Positions 34,939 to 46,288 of a stretch of DNA of 64,000 nt are shown piece by piece. The stretch comes from Neophaeotheca triangularis (Eukaryota): the NCBI GenBank assembly GCA_054600435.1, contig BAAIJX010000006.1, forward strand, positions 62,001 through 126,000. The letters run 5' to 3'. The translations under genes and the position numbers were made by a program. The notes under the pieces were generated by a model. The model saw nothing but the letters and a program-made list of their open reading frames with translations, made no database searches and was not told the origin of the DNA. The stretch's first letter is position 1. Each line of letters opens with the position of its first letter.

Positions 34939-37425
34939 ATGCGAGCGCCGATGATGCACTCGCCCTGCGCCTCCTGCCGACTCCGCTCAACCCTAACAAC
35001 CCTCCGCCTCGCCCGTAGCAAAAACCCTTTCCACCACGCAACCCCACGAGCCCTCTTCGCCACGACCCCTGGCCGCCAGCAAACCCTTCCTCCCAACGAA
35101 CTGCAAACCCTCATCTATGACCTCGACAGCGCCTCCGAGACTTTCGGTCTCGATAGCAGGACTTACGCCGCGCGCTCGCGAACGAAAGCTTTTGCTTCGC
35201 CTTCTTCGTCGGGTTTGAGTGCGAAGGAGAGGGTGGAGCTGGTGCGCCGGCGATTGGGGGATGTCTTGCCCGAGGGCGTGCTGACGGATGAGGAGCTGAG
35301 GATTTACGAGAGGCTTTATGGACGGCCTTTGTCTGGTGAGGAGGTTGGCGAGGAGGGGCTAGAGGATGGGGTGGAGGGGGGGGACGTGGCTGAGGAGGAG
35401 ATGGAGACGAGGGGGACGGGGTTGTTGAGGGAGGGGAGGGATGGGAGGTTGGAGGAGGTGGAATTTGAGGTTGAGGATGAGGGGTTGGCGGAGGAGGGTG
35501 ATGAGGAGGTGGGTGTCGAGTTTGGGGAGGCGGACGAGAAACTGGCTAGGGATATGGAGAGGGCGATGGATGGTGGTGGGGTTGTTGAGGCTGTTGAGGA
35601 CTTGGAAGATCGTAATGGGCGAATTCATCCGTTGACTATCGAGAACCGTTTTGCGACGAACCCGACTACACTGCAGTTGCCTAAGCACTCGTTGGTTGAT
35701 CCTATAACTTTGCTTCTGTCGGGTATGCCGCATACGCATTTGAGCGAAACTGCGCATCGCGTTTTTGGCGGGCTGGGTCTGCCTTGGTCGACTTCGACGC
35801 CAGCTACTGGAAAGCTAAAGCAGCAGAAAGCTATACCTTTGGATGCTTATCAGGGTCGCATGAGCCAGATCGAAGGTGATGCGTATTTGGCAACGATGAT
35901 GCCGGGCGTGTTTGCGAGCGTCATGAGCGTGCTAGTGGAAACACGGAAACGACTTGGTACGGCGTGGGCTGAAGATTTGGTCAGGAAGGCATCGGCAGGG
36001 GAGTTGAAGATTCTAGATGCAGGAGGTGCTGGCGCAGGTGTTCTGGCTGTTAGAGAAATGTTGAGGGCGGAGTGGCAGAGGATGCACGACGAGGCTGGGA
36101 CTAGTGACACTGGTGCTGCGCTCGCGGAAGCAGATGGCAGAATTGGAGGAGCAGGTTCGAGTCCTCCTTTGGGTGCAGCTACGGTGCTCACGGGATCTGA
36201 TACATTACGCCAGCGAGCAAGCCAGTTGCTCGAAGATACGACTTTCATCCCTCGTCTGCCAGATTATGTGCATACTCAGTCTGCCAAGGATCGGGGCAAG
36301 TTCGACATCGTAATTGCACCTCATACGCTGTGGCCGCTTCAAGAGAACTACCAGCGGAAGACTCACACGCAGAATCTGTGGAGCTTAGCCAAGCATGATG
36401 GCGGCGTATTGCTACTCCTTGAAAAGGGTGTGCCTCGCGGTTTCGAAAGAGTGGCAGCCGCTCGTCAGCTGCTGCTCGACACTAGAATCGCAAGTCCAGG
36501 CTCCGAGCACAGAAGCACCGACGTCGACGAACCCTCCGCCATCGAATGGGAAGACGCACCCGAGCCCCTCACCAAACAAAAAGACATAGGCATGATCATC
36601 GCACCCTGCACCAACCACTCCGGCTGCCCAATGTACACGCGACAAGGCATAGTACGCGGCCGCAAAGACTTCTGCCACTTCGAACAACGCTACATCCGTC
36701 CAGGCTTCCTGCAGAAAATCCTCGGAGCCAAGGGCAAGAACTTCGAAGACGTCAAATTCTCCTACCTCTCCGTCATGCGCGGCCGCGACTTACGACAAGC
36801 AGACGAGCAAGACACCGACGCCGAACCAGTCGTGCAGGGCAAACTCGCCACCGACCGGGCCTTTGAAGGCTACGAGGACCTGAGCGAAAACAACGCCACC
36901 CTCCTCGCCCGCGAAGCCCACGGCGCTGACCCTAACGCCATGCCCTCGGCCGACGACTTCTTCGAAAACCCCGACCCCCTCGCCGCCGAGGATCCCGCTA
37001 CCACGGACGCTGCGGGACCTCCACCACACCCGCTCTCCCTCCCCCGCGCCATCCTCCCTCCCATCAAACGCCGCGGCCACGTCATCCTCGACTTGTGCAC
37101 CCCGTCGGGCAGTCTCGAGCGTTGGACGGTGCCCCGCAGTTTGAGCCGACAGGCTTTCCGCGACGCGCGCAAGAGCAGTTGGGGTGATTTGTGGGCTTTG
37201 GGAGCTAAAACGCGTGTTCCGAGGAGTGCGCGCGCGGGGCAAAAGGATGGTTTGGGGGTTGAGGATGAGGAGGGCAAGGTGCAGAAGGCGAGGCGGAGGA
37301 CTGTGAGCGAGGATGTCGGGGAGGGGGGGAAGATGAGGAATGGGAAGAAGATTGGCGGGGTTAGGGATAAGAGGGAGAAGAAGCCGAAGAAGGGGGGAAA
37401 GGGTAAGGGGGCCGTTGGGGGGTGA
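34939..37425 (+). CDS. RSM22: Mitochondrial small-subunit assembly factor / methyltransferase-like Rsm22 (METTL17)
   Basis: Arg-rich presequence, ILDAGGAGAG and LEKGVPRGFE. Cys motif APCTNHSGCPM...CHFEQRY...LDLCTPSG, and ARKSSWGDLW. Confidence 0.9.
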   Translation: MRAPMMHSPCASCRLRSTLTTLRLARSKNPFHHATPRALFATTPGRQQTLPPNELQTLIYDLDSASETFGLDSRTYAARSRTKAFASPSSSGLSAKERVELVRRRLGDVLPEGVLTDEELRIYERLYGRPLSGEEVGEEGLEDGVEGGDVAEEEMETRGTGLLREGRDGRLEEVEFEVEDEGLAEEGDEEVGVEFGEADEKLARDMERAMDGGGVVEAVEDLEDRNGRIHPLTIENRFATNPTTLQLPKHSLVDPITLLLSGMPHTHLSETAHRVFGGLGLPWSTSTPATGKLKQQKAIPLDAYQGRMSQIEGDAYLATMMPGVFASVMSVLVETRKRLGTAWAEDLVRKASAGELKILDAGGAGAGVLAVREMLRAEWQRMHDEAGTSDTGAALAEADGRIGGAGSSPPLGAATVLTGSDTLRQRASQLLEDTTFIPRLPDYVHTQSAKDRGKFDIVIAPHTLWPLQENYQRKTHTQNLWSLAKHDGGVLLLLEKGVPRGFERVAAARQLLLDTRIASPGSEHRSTDVDEPSAIEWEDAPEPLTKQKDIGMIIAPCTNHSGCPMYTRQGIVRGRKDFCHFEQRYIRPGFLQKILGAKGKNFEDVKFSYLSVMRGRDLRQADEQDTDAEPVVQGKLATDRAFEGYEDLSENNATLLAREAHGADPNAMPSADDFFENPDPLAAEDPATTDAAGPPPHPLSLPRAILPPIKRRGHVILDLCTPSGSLERWTVPRSLSRQAFRDARKSSWGDLWALGAKTRVPRSARAGQKDGLGVEDEEGKVQKARRRTVSEDVGEGGKMRNGKKIGGVRDKREKKPKKGGKGKGAVGG

Positions 37426-37954
37426 TGTTTAGGGTTTGTGTGGACTGGAACTCGAGGGGTGGGTATGTGTATGTGTATGTGTATGTGTTGTATAGTAGTG
37501 TATTTTTACGTGCGGAAAGCAGATTTGTGTCTGTCGTTGCCTTTCCTCCTGCGAAACAAGCGACATTCCCGTCCGACGCTGTGGTTTTGGGAGCGCGAAG
37601 AGGTTTCAATGCTTCGTTCTGGAGCCAGGATTCTGCAACAAAACAGCCACGGTTTTCTCCCACAAGTCATCTGGCATCTACCTCCATTACCGAGAGCGTA
37701 ATGCTGGAGCAAGCACTATTTAAGACAAGCACGAAGACTTTGTTCTCAGAAGGCAAGTTTATATATTATGTACGGGAACTACCTAGCTAGCCAGCAACAC
37801 GACCAGAGAGCAGGCCGCGAAGCTCCTGAGCAGTACAGTATATATCCCCCTTGCCTCCGCTTTTCTCGTGTCCAGCACGCTACCCATCCCACCTCTCCAC
37901 CAGTCTACACCTCTCCGCCGCCCTCTTGTCCAAGCAAAACCCTTCCAACTACAT

Positions 37955-39037
37955 CTAAAAGGCCAAAGTCTGCCCGGCAGTGCCCCAAACAGCATCGTAG
38001 ACGTTGGCGCTACCAACAAGGTCGTACGAGTAAGGCGCGGACCAATCGCCCGCGGGAGCGTCGTTGGCGGCCCCGTTGAGCGCGAGGTCGTTGACAGTGG
38101 CGTATCCGGTCTCGGGGCTGTCGCGGCTGCTGATGGCGACGTCGGCGGCGACGAAAGCGGTGGACTCGACGAGCAGCTGCGCGCCCATGCGCGTGTTGAT
38201 GGCGTTGCTGCCGACGCCGTCGTAGTAGTTGTTGTAGATGTGGACTTGGCCGAAACGGACGGAGGGCAGGCGGGAGTTGCAGTTGAGCCAGAGGTTGTTG
38301 GCGTAGGTGACGGTCAGGTGGCCGGCGTCCTCGGAGCCGTTGTCGTCGCTGTGGCCCACGAGCGAGGCTTTCCAGTGGTCGTGCAGGAAGGTGTTGGAGA
38401 CGGTGACGAAGTCGGCGGCGTGGGTGATGTCGATGAGGCCGTCGTAGAAGTCTTTGCCGCTCTCGAGGTCGGAGGAGAGGTCGCAGTGGTCGATCCAGAC
38501 GTTGGCGGCTTCGTCGATGCCGATGGCGTCGCCTTCGCCGTAGTGGACATTGTGGATGCCGATCTGGGGGATGTTGCTGGTTAGATTAGGGGTTTCAGGG
38601 GGAAGGGGTTTCCTGGGCTTCGCTTACGTTCTGGACGATCACGTTGCTGACTTGCTTGATCAGCAGTCCGAGGCCGAAGAGCTGAGACTCGGCGTTCAGG
38701 CCGATGATGGAGGTGTCGCTGGTGACGCGGATGGCATCCTCCTCGGCGTGGATGGCGCCGTCAAGGTAGACGGTGACGGCTGGGTGTAGCGTTAGAAGTT
38801 TGGCACTAGAATTGATTCTGCCTCTGCATTCAACATACGCCCATCACGAGTGGCAGCTTCGGAGAAGGCAGCGTAGTCCGAGACGGTAACGCTGGGGCCG
38901 CCAGCACCGCCGGTGGTGCCACCGTTCAACGAAGCGAAACCCACGGGACCACCAGCCTGACGCTTGACGACAGGAGTGGGAGCGGCGAGGGCAGTGGACG
39001 CGAACGCCGCCAGGGCGTAGGAAAGAACGCTTTTCAT
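37955..39037 (-). CDS. Secreted pectate lyase, family PL1
   Basis: Exons 39037-38839, 38779-38628 and 38563-37955. Signal/pro-peptide ending KR, then GFASLNGGTTGGAGG, GDAIGID, NVWIDH and RLPSVRFG. Confidence 0.9.
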
Positions 39038-39874
39038 ATTGAATGAGAAGGCGAGTGGATTGAATCGAAACTTGAAAGAGTGTAAAGAATCGATAGAATT
39101 GGAAAGAGAGCAAGGAATTGAGCAATGTACAAATTCTTTACTCCTACCTCCTTGCCGGCGATGGGAGCAATTATATATTCTATCCCCTTGCCAGGGCGTT
39201 GATCCACTCTTTCTATAATGGCGTAACACCAGAAGCGCTACTCAGCCTTGTCAAGAGCTCCCAAGTCCGCTCATGCCGAAGCGTGCCACGACATTTCATC
39301 AACGCCTAACTGCAATCAAATGTGCGGTTCTTGGACGTGTCTGCATGCGTAGCAATTCGGACGATTGGCATTCGACGGCGCTCCGTAGTATGTGCAGGAA
39401 ATTGCGGCGAGAGCTTGTTAAGCGTCGCTCAAACAAGCCAAGTAGAGAAACCGAAATGACCGAGTTCTGGGCAGGGGACGCATACACTGGAGAGCATCTC
39501 GGAGGAGCCAAGAATTTTTGATTGATTGGCATACCACGTTGTTCTGTTGAAATTTTGACGACGTTCTCGGCGGAGTAGAGGACGAAGCTTGTAGTGAAGT
39601 GATGCCACGCTATAGTGAGAGTGAGGCTGAATAATAATGCGAGCGACGCGACATCGCCAAGACGAAACATTTGAACTTGTTTCAGATTGATTAACGATCC
39701 TAATGCTCTTTTGATGTGATTATTCAATCCCTGTCGGTAGTGGAAGACCGTTGGTGCCTTGTCTCGTCGTAATGTCGATGATGATGAGAAAGGTCTCCAC
39801 ATCTCGCTGGCATCCGCCGTGCTGTTAGTCTTGGGAACATAGAACCCCCAGCGTTGCCATGCAAAACCAGTCTC

Positions 39875-40850
39875 CTACTCGGCCTTTTTTGCCTGCTGTT
39901 GCAGACCAGGTGCCGTGCTCTCGTTCTGCTCCATGTCGGCAGCCCAGAGCGCTGCACCGCAAGTGTTGGTGAAAGCGAAGAAGATGCCAGCAATGGGGAT
40001 TGTTTCGAGCAGGACAGCGGGAACGCCGAAGCTAGAGATCACAAGTCAGCATGAATCCCCATGAAAATCCCCATTGACGTGAGGACGAGAAGAGGAAAGA
40101 GAAAACGTACCTAGTGTAAGCGCCCTGCCTACGCTCCAACCACTCCTCCTTCTGCCCCTGGTTCATACCCTTCAGGTGGAAATACCTAGAGTGCGCATTG
40201 GGACCGTGCTTCCTCCCCTGAGCCAGCAAAAACAACGCAGTCCCCACCACGGGAATAAAATTCAGCGGCAAATACATGATGTAGCGCACAATAGCCTGCG
40301 GCGTGAATTTCTGAAAAGGCTTAGCCGCCAGCTTCCCCAACCTAGCGACGACGTCACCCGCGCTAGATCCCTTGACAGTCCTCTCGCGGCCCACGAGAGC
40401 CGTGTGGCCGCGCGAGACGAGGGTGCCGTCGAAGGTATCGATTAGGGCGTCTTCGATCAGCAGCGTTTTGGAGAGCAGCATGGTGATGGTGCTGCTTTGG
40501 GAGGCGACTAGCAGCATGGCCGTTAGGGCTGCGAGAGGGCCGGAAGTGAAGGCTAGCATCGCGGCTTGAGGGAGGTAGGTGAACAGGAACATGAAGATTG
40601 TCACGCCGGTTCCTAAGCCGAGGGTGGGGAGGAGTCGGGACAGCATGGGCTTCCAGAGCGGCTTGTGTGAGATGAAGTAGAAGATGCCCTGGGGGTTTTT
40701 GAGGGTTAGTGTGATTTGTGCATCTGGATGGGGCAGGGGTTGTGGTACCTTGAGTGGGTAGATGTAGGCGCCTGATTTGGCGGCATCGGTGGTGAGTTGC
40801 TTCAACTTCTCAGCTTCCTCCTTGGCGGTGTCCTTGACGCGGTCGGCCAT
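39875..40850 (-). CDS. EI24-domain membrane protein (Rrt8/Lds-like)
   Basis: Exons 40850-40749, 40688-40111 and 40031-39875. YIYPLKGIFYF, LPLNFIPVVG, HSRYFHLKG and FTNTCGAALWAAD motifs. Confidence 0.8.
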
Positions 40851-40889
40851 GGTTGGGGTTGGGGTTGGGGTTGGGGTTGGGGTTGGGGG
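40851..40889 (+). repeat. (TTGGGG)6 hexamer repeat with G-quadruplex potential, abutting the EI24 gene start codon
   Basis: Directly visible ggttggggttgggg... tract. Confidence 0.9.
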
Positions 40890-41356
40890 ATGGTCTGTCG
40901 TTCGCTCGGTAGGTGTGAGAGATGATCAGAGGTAGTGGAACTGTACGGGTAGGACAGGTAGGTAGGGAAGACGTGTTTTGTTTACTGCGAGACCTTGCAA
41001 TTTGCTGCATGTGAAGTTTCCCGTAATGTGGCTGTTTTCGGTACGTCATTCCTCTGATGCTGTGGCTGGCACCCTTGGCTGGGTCCTCACCAGCGTCAAA
41101 GGGGGAAAATAACATTTGAGTCTGAGAAACATGTGCGCGCGGAATGGTCTTCTCATTCTGCTCGTTAGATTGCTATCGACCAGAAGCTTGTAGTGTCATC
41201 CTCATAAGCCTCGAGCACTTCGACGGCATATATAAAACTCTACCCTCCATGCGCTCCCATGGCCGCTTGCATATTCCAAGATATCTCGTCCAATAGCCTC
41301 AGTCTGCTACCGACAACCATGAGATTCTAACATGACATTGCGTAGCCTAAGACACT

Positions 41357-42787
41357 TCAGATCTCCAACAGCTCCTCCCCATTCCCCATCCTTTTCATCG
41401 GATCGTCCCTAGCCGCCTTCTCCCGCATATACCTCTCCATCTCCTCCTCCACCACGCTATCTTTGGTCGCTTCAACCTTTCGCTTGCTCTCGTTCACCTT
41501 CGCCTTGCCGTCATCTTCCGTCCCGTTCGGCACAAATTCCTCTTGCCTCTCTTCCTCCTTCCACGCGATTTGTTTGGCTTCCGGCTCAGCGTTCCCACTC
41601 TCAGCAGCCGTTGGCAGCTTCTCGCCCCGTCTGAAAGCTTCCGACTCTTCTGTAGCTTTCAACCCTGCCTCGCCGGTACAGTAGGAGTTCTTGACAATGC
41701 TGTGACAGCAAGCGTACCCCCACTTGAAATCGGTCCACCAGCTGCCCCAAACGCTCGTATGGTTGTTGACGAGCACATCTTCAGCATACATGCTCTTCTC
41801 AATCTTCTGCGGCTGCCCCTTGATGCGCCCACGTTCGTCATACTCAACGTACGTCTCATTCGAAGTAACGGCAACATCCTCCAGGGGATTCTTCCTGACC
41901 TCGCTCTGATCTCCATACCGGTCCGCCAACATCTTCTTCCTCGCCGCCAGCTTTTCCTCCTCCTCCTCGCGCTTGCGCTTCCTTCCAATCTCCCCCGCCG
42001 TCGGGTTCGCCTGCAAATGCAAGCGATCCTTGTCACCCCTCTCCTGCGTCTCCCACGCATACTTCTGCGCGCGCTCAAACTCGGCCGCATCCCCATTCGC
42101 CCTCTCAAACCCCTCATTCACATCATCCCCGGGCGGCTGATCAACCATCGCCCTCGTCTTGGGATTGTACTGCGCACTCTCCAAATCCAAATCAACCAAA
42201 TACTTGGCCGTATCCTCCCTCAGCCTCAGATTGCGGGTACTCGTAGCCTGCTGGCGGCCCATGTCCGTCTCCTCCTCATAGCGATCGCCATCGGCCTTGA
42301 TACCCTCCCCCTCCGCCTCGGCAGCCCTCTTCATACTCTCCAGCGCATCATACTCGTCCACAACCTCCCTAAACTCCTCAGCCTCATACCCATTCCAGCG
42401 ATCGCGCTTCGCATCCCACCCAAGCTGCACATCCTGCACGCGCTCATCGGCCGCGATATTCTTGCCCGTCCACTTGGCCCCGAGTTTCCTCTTGCGTTGC
42501 AGACAGTCCTTGGCCTTGTGCGTCATGGCGCCGCAGTTGTCGCAAGCGCCTTTGCGGAACTTGGTCGCCGCCGGTCCGGTCGTCCGCGAGGCGCCGCGTT
42601 CGTACCATTTTTGGTTGGCGAGGGTGTCGCTGTTCTTTTCGTTTTGGAGACGCTGGTGCTCGAGGTAGTCACTGTCTGAGGCGGTGGCGTCGTCGATGTA
42701 GAAGGGCTTTTTGGCGATGAAGGAGGGGATGTATTCGTTGCGTTCGTTGGATTTGGGCGGTGGGTCTTGGGGTTTGCGCGGTGGCAT
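41357..42787 (-). CDS. SLU7: Pre-mRNA splicing factor Slu7
   Basis: NEYIPSFI, Zn knuckle CDNCGAMTHKAKDC, WDAKRDRWNGY, RNLRLREDTAKYL and NHTSVWGSWW...WGYACCHS. Confidence 0.95.
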   Translation of the reverse strand: MPPRKPQDPPPKSNERNEYIPSFIAKKPFYIDDATASDSDYLEHQRLQNEKNSDTLANQKWYERGASRTTGPAATKFRKGACDNCGAMTHKAKDCLQRKRKLGAKWTGKNIAADERVQDVQLGWDAKRDRWNGYEAEEFREVVDEYDALESMKRAAEAEGEGIKADGDRYEEETDMGRQQATSTRNLRLREDTAKYLVDLDLESAQYNPKTRAMVDQPPGDDVNEGFERANGDAAEFERAQKYAWETQERGDKDRLHLQANPTAGEIGRKRKREEEEEKLAARKKMLADRYGDQSEVRKNPLEDVAVTSNETYVEYDERGRIKGQPQKIEKSMYAEDVLVNNHTSVWGSWWTDFKWGYACCHSIVKNSYCTGEAGLKATEESEAFRRGEKLPTAAESGNAEPEAKQIAWKEEERQEEFVPNGTEDDGKAKVNESKRKVEATKDSVVEEEMERYMREKAARDDPMKRMGNGEELLEI

Positions 42788-43406
42788 GGTGACGGTTGAG
42801 CGAGTGGATGCTGTTTGACAACGACTGTTTGTGGTTTGACGGTTTGTGGTCTGATCACGTATTCAGTTTGCAGTAGTGTTCTGGAAAGTGATAGATGTGG
42901 TTGTGGTTGGGTACCTATATACCACTGGAAGAGTTAAAGGTCGACTGCTTACAGTTGAGGACTTTGTGGTAAGGATGTAGATGAGCTGCGAATGGCTGGC
43001 GTCGCTTCAGCGCTAGCGTAGGAACGCTTTCGCATGCGGGAACCCGTTCTGCCTTATCAGGCATCAATATTTCATGCTCCTATTCCTATCCATATCAATG
43101 TGACAACTAATAGATAAAACGCAGAGATCTGATACTCGCCATACTGCTCCGCCAATGGTATGCTTCATACTTGGCTTCACCATAGCACGAATCGCTAGAA
43201 TGGTCCAATAATTCGGCATTCCGCCCTCTCTATCGCATCTCCCCCTTAATGTCAGGAGCACGTCAACTCGACACCACCAGTCTCTCCCCAGAGTAGGCTC
43301 AGTGGGCCATTCACCGTACCAATCAAGAATCAAGATCTATCCTCTATAACGCAACCTTCCCAACCTCAATCACACCCCCTGCACCCTCTCCTCCACATCC
43401 ACACCC

Positions 43407-44942
43407 TCACTTCCAAACCTCGACCCACTTCTTCGCAGCCTTCATAAACTTCCAAAACCCAACATTCAACTCGACATTGCCATGGGGATCGACGACTCTC
43501 TCAGGAAACGCAATACCACTGCCAAACAGCCCCGGCAGCCTCTGCAGCGCCTTGACATCCGTCTGACCCTCACCTTGCCCCGTCCCAGACTTGAAAACGC
43601 CCGAATCGTGATCGAAGACCGGGAGGACTTCTTTCCCAGAGCCGGCCATGCGCAGCGGTGGCAAGGGATCGCGGTCGTAGCCGATGGCTTGCACGTACCA
43701 ATCGCAACCGGGCAAGTGCTGCTTGAAGACGGCTTCCTCGTCGCCCTTTTCGTAGGCCACTTTGCTGATGTAGTTGCCCACGTCGCTGTGCGGCATGGTG
43801 TCGGGTTCCAAACTATCGCGTGCCCAGGTCGCCGCTTCGCCTTTGAGACCCGTGTTTTCGCGCAGTACCCAGCCGTCGGGTTGCGGGACTGCGTAGCGGA
43901 TGGGGTGACGGGTGAACCATTTGACGCGGAGGTGGGGGTTTTGGGTCTTGGCTAGGCGGTAGAGGTTGCGGAGGACGAGGATGGCGGAGTGGGAGGCGCC
44001 GATGACTGCTATGGTTGTCGGGGTGGAGGTTTGGCGGGCAAATGTTGTGGCTAGGAGGGTGGGGGAGAGGGCGCAGTCGAGGTCGAGGTCTGCGATGCCC
44101 GGGATGGCGACGGGGAGGGCGGAGTTGTTGGGGGAGCTGCCGGTGCAGAAGATGAGGCGCGGGGATTCGGCGGAGAGAATCGTGGGGACTGCGCCGGAGT
44201 GCTCGTCTTTGCTTAGGCGAACGGTCCAGGTTGGTGTCGAGGCTGTGTCGTTGAGGGTGGCGTCCGCGACTCTACCGTGTTGGGCGTCGACGGCAGGGTC
44301 CTCGCGCAAGCCGTCGGAGAGCAGATGAAGCATGTCTGCGCCTATTCCCAGCTCACAGCCCTGCTCCTGCTCCAGGTTGCGGAGGAAGTCTAGCCTATCG
44401 CCCTTTCCGAGCGCCTCTTTAGAAACGCCATCCCCCTCTTTCGACCCCTTCCCACTCACAATACCCCTAAACGGTGCCGTCGCAGTAGCAAATTCAATGA
44501 ACAACCGCACTTTAGTGTTCGAAGGTACCTCCCGATAGGAGCGATTGACACGACCAGCCTCAAAGACCGGATCCACCCACAACACCGGCGCGACTTTCTG
44601 CTCCAGCAAATTTCCCACAGCAGAAATGCCCGCCGGCCCGCCACCAACAACGATGGCCTCGTACCGTGGGTTAGGAGAAGCATTGGTGCTAGCCTGGCGC
44701 ACGCCGCCGTTCCTCCCAGTCCCCGAAGCGGTAGTCAGAGATCGTCTCGAGCAAACTTGCAGCGAAGTTGGGGTCCTCAGAGAACTCCCGCTCCTGCCCA
44801 CATCTCCAAAACCTCTCTGCTTCCCCGAAAGCACTTGCGCCACAAACGATCGTGTCTGCAACCCGCCAGCGCCGCATCTGATAGAAACGTTGCTCTCGGC
44901 CAGGAGAGCAGTCCTCCCCGCCTTGGTAGCCAAACGAGCCAT
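43407..44942 (-). CDS. Uncharacterised FAD-dependent pyridine nucleotide-disulfide oxidoreductase-like protein, probably mitochondrial
   Basis: VVGGGPAG Rossmann motif, second VIGASHSA motif and C-terminal GIAFPERV. Long Arg/Ser-rich presequence. Confidence 0.75.
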   Translation of the reverse strand: MARLATKAGRTALLAESNVSIRCGAGGLQTRSFVAQVLSGKQRGFGDVGRSGSSLRTPTSLQVCSRRSLTTASGTGRNGGVRQASTNASPNPRYEAIVVGGGPAGISAVGNLLEQKVAPVLWVDPVFEAGRVNRSYREVPSNTKVRLFIEFATATAPFRGIVSGKGSKEGDGVSKEALGKGDRLDFLRNLEQEQGCELGIGADMLHLLSDGLREDPAVDAQHGRVADATLNDTASTPTWTVRLSKDEHSGAVPTILSAESPRLIFCTGSSPNNSALPVAIPGIADLDLDCALSPTLLATTFARQTSTPTTIAVIGASHSAILVLRNLYRLAKTQNPHLRVKWFTRHPIRYAVPQPDGWVLRENTGLKGEAATWARDSLEPDTMPHSDVGNYISKVAYEKGDEEAVFKQHLPGCDWYVQAIGYDRDPLPPLRMAGSGKEVLPVFDHDSGVFKSGTGQGEGQTDVKALQRLPGLFGSGIAFPERVVDPHGNVELNVGFWKFMKAAKKWVEVWK

Positions 44943-45341
44943 CTGTTAATTTCCTTTCTCAAATATTCTTCTCTCAGAGCGTTTCAACCCAAGCCGGGAA
45001 TTCGTCTGTAGCTGAGTTCACGGCCCCTGATCAACAGAACCAAAAAAAGCCAGAATCACACACAGCCCAACACTTTGTTCAGAACTTCTTTCGCGACTGT
45101 TCTCACTCGGCGCAGCAAACCACTACCACATGTAGACACTTGCGCGCACAAAAAAGAAGAAGAAAGCGACACGAAAAGTCCAAGAAAAAGTTGGTCAGTA
45201 ATAATAAGAAGAGGTTGTGAGTAAAGTGTCAAGAAACAACCTCGAAAGTTTCGATCCGTGCCGTCAAACTCAAGCTGCAGAACGGCAGACGGGGGTAGGA
45301 GGTACCTAGTAGGTAGCAGGCTTGGTAGTGCCAAGACTCCC

Positions 45342-45342
<1 letters not shown>

Positions 45343-45390
<48 letters not shown>
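45343..45390. repeat. (CT)24 microsatellite
   Basis: Directly visible; a shorter (GA)n tract lies at 45711-45729. Confidence 0.95.
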
Positions 45391-45393
<3 letters not shown>

Positions 45394-46288
45394 AGCGGTG
45401 ATTCTGAATGAAGCGAGAGCGGGTCCGAATCGCGCCATAGTCAAGTACCTCCTATATGCCTGAGGTGGCTGCCCGACCACCACTACTATTTATCACCACC
45501 ACTCACCGCCACCACTCACCGCCACCGCCGCCATCCCCCTCTCTCGGATAATTCAACGATGCCGAACCCATAAGTCACAGACCAAAGCACCTCCCTCATC
45601 AACAAGTGGCGCGACTGGCAGCCGCGGCTGAATAGCGCAAGGTAAACTAGTTAACAGCACCACCTCCCGTCGTAATTCGCGAAGTCGTGCAAGCGAGAAT
45701 CCAACGGGACGAGAGAGAGAGAGAGAGAGGGGAAAGGAAGAAGTGACAACTGTTTTTTTTAAAGAAAAAAAGGTTGAATTCGAGAGTCGAAGACTAACCG
45801 AGCAAGCTAGTCTAGACTATACGTATTCAAGTGCAGCGTACACAGATCGATGGCCGAGCTCAAAACATCCTCATCGATTAGTAAAGCAATAGGGACAGTC
45901 TTGGTCGCGTGACTCGCGTTAAGGGAAGAAAGAAAAAAGCTGGCGGATTTAATCTATAAAAATCTCGTGTCTACATGGCTACTGGCGTTCCGTCAATCCG
46001 CCTATTTAGTCCTTCTGTTTCGTGCGGCCGTTCCGTAAGCCCATGCAAAACCCATCTATATGCACATGCAAGTCTGTTCCTATGCGTTGCCAACCTATCC
46101 CAACCTATTCCATCCCATCCCGATCAATTCCATGCAACAGCAACAGCAACGGTCAAAACCACCAACACCTTCGCTAGTAAAAAAAAAAAAAAAACAGCAA
46201 CAACAACAAAAGACAAGCCCATCACAACCAACCCATCAACCCATCAACCCAACCCACTCCCCCCGCAAAAAAACCCCCCACCACCCCC

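Noticed and set aside
40851..40889. True or interstitial telomere
   Set aside because: Unit is TTGGGG rather than TTAGGG, only six copies, embedded among core genes.
41543..42679. 378-aa ORF antisense to SLU7 (also 2997-3764 opposite RIM2, 37868-38584 opposite the pectate lyase, 58219-59043 opposite RRP47)
   Set aside because: Shadow ORFs expected from GC-rich biased codon usage on the opposite strand; no motifs of their own.
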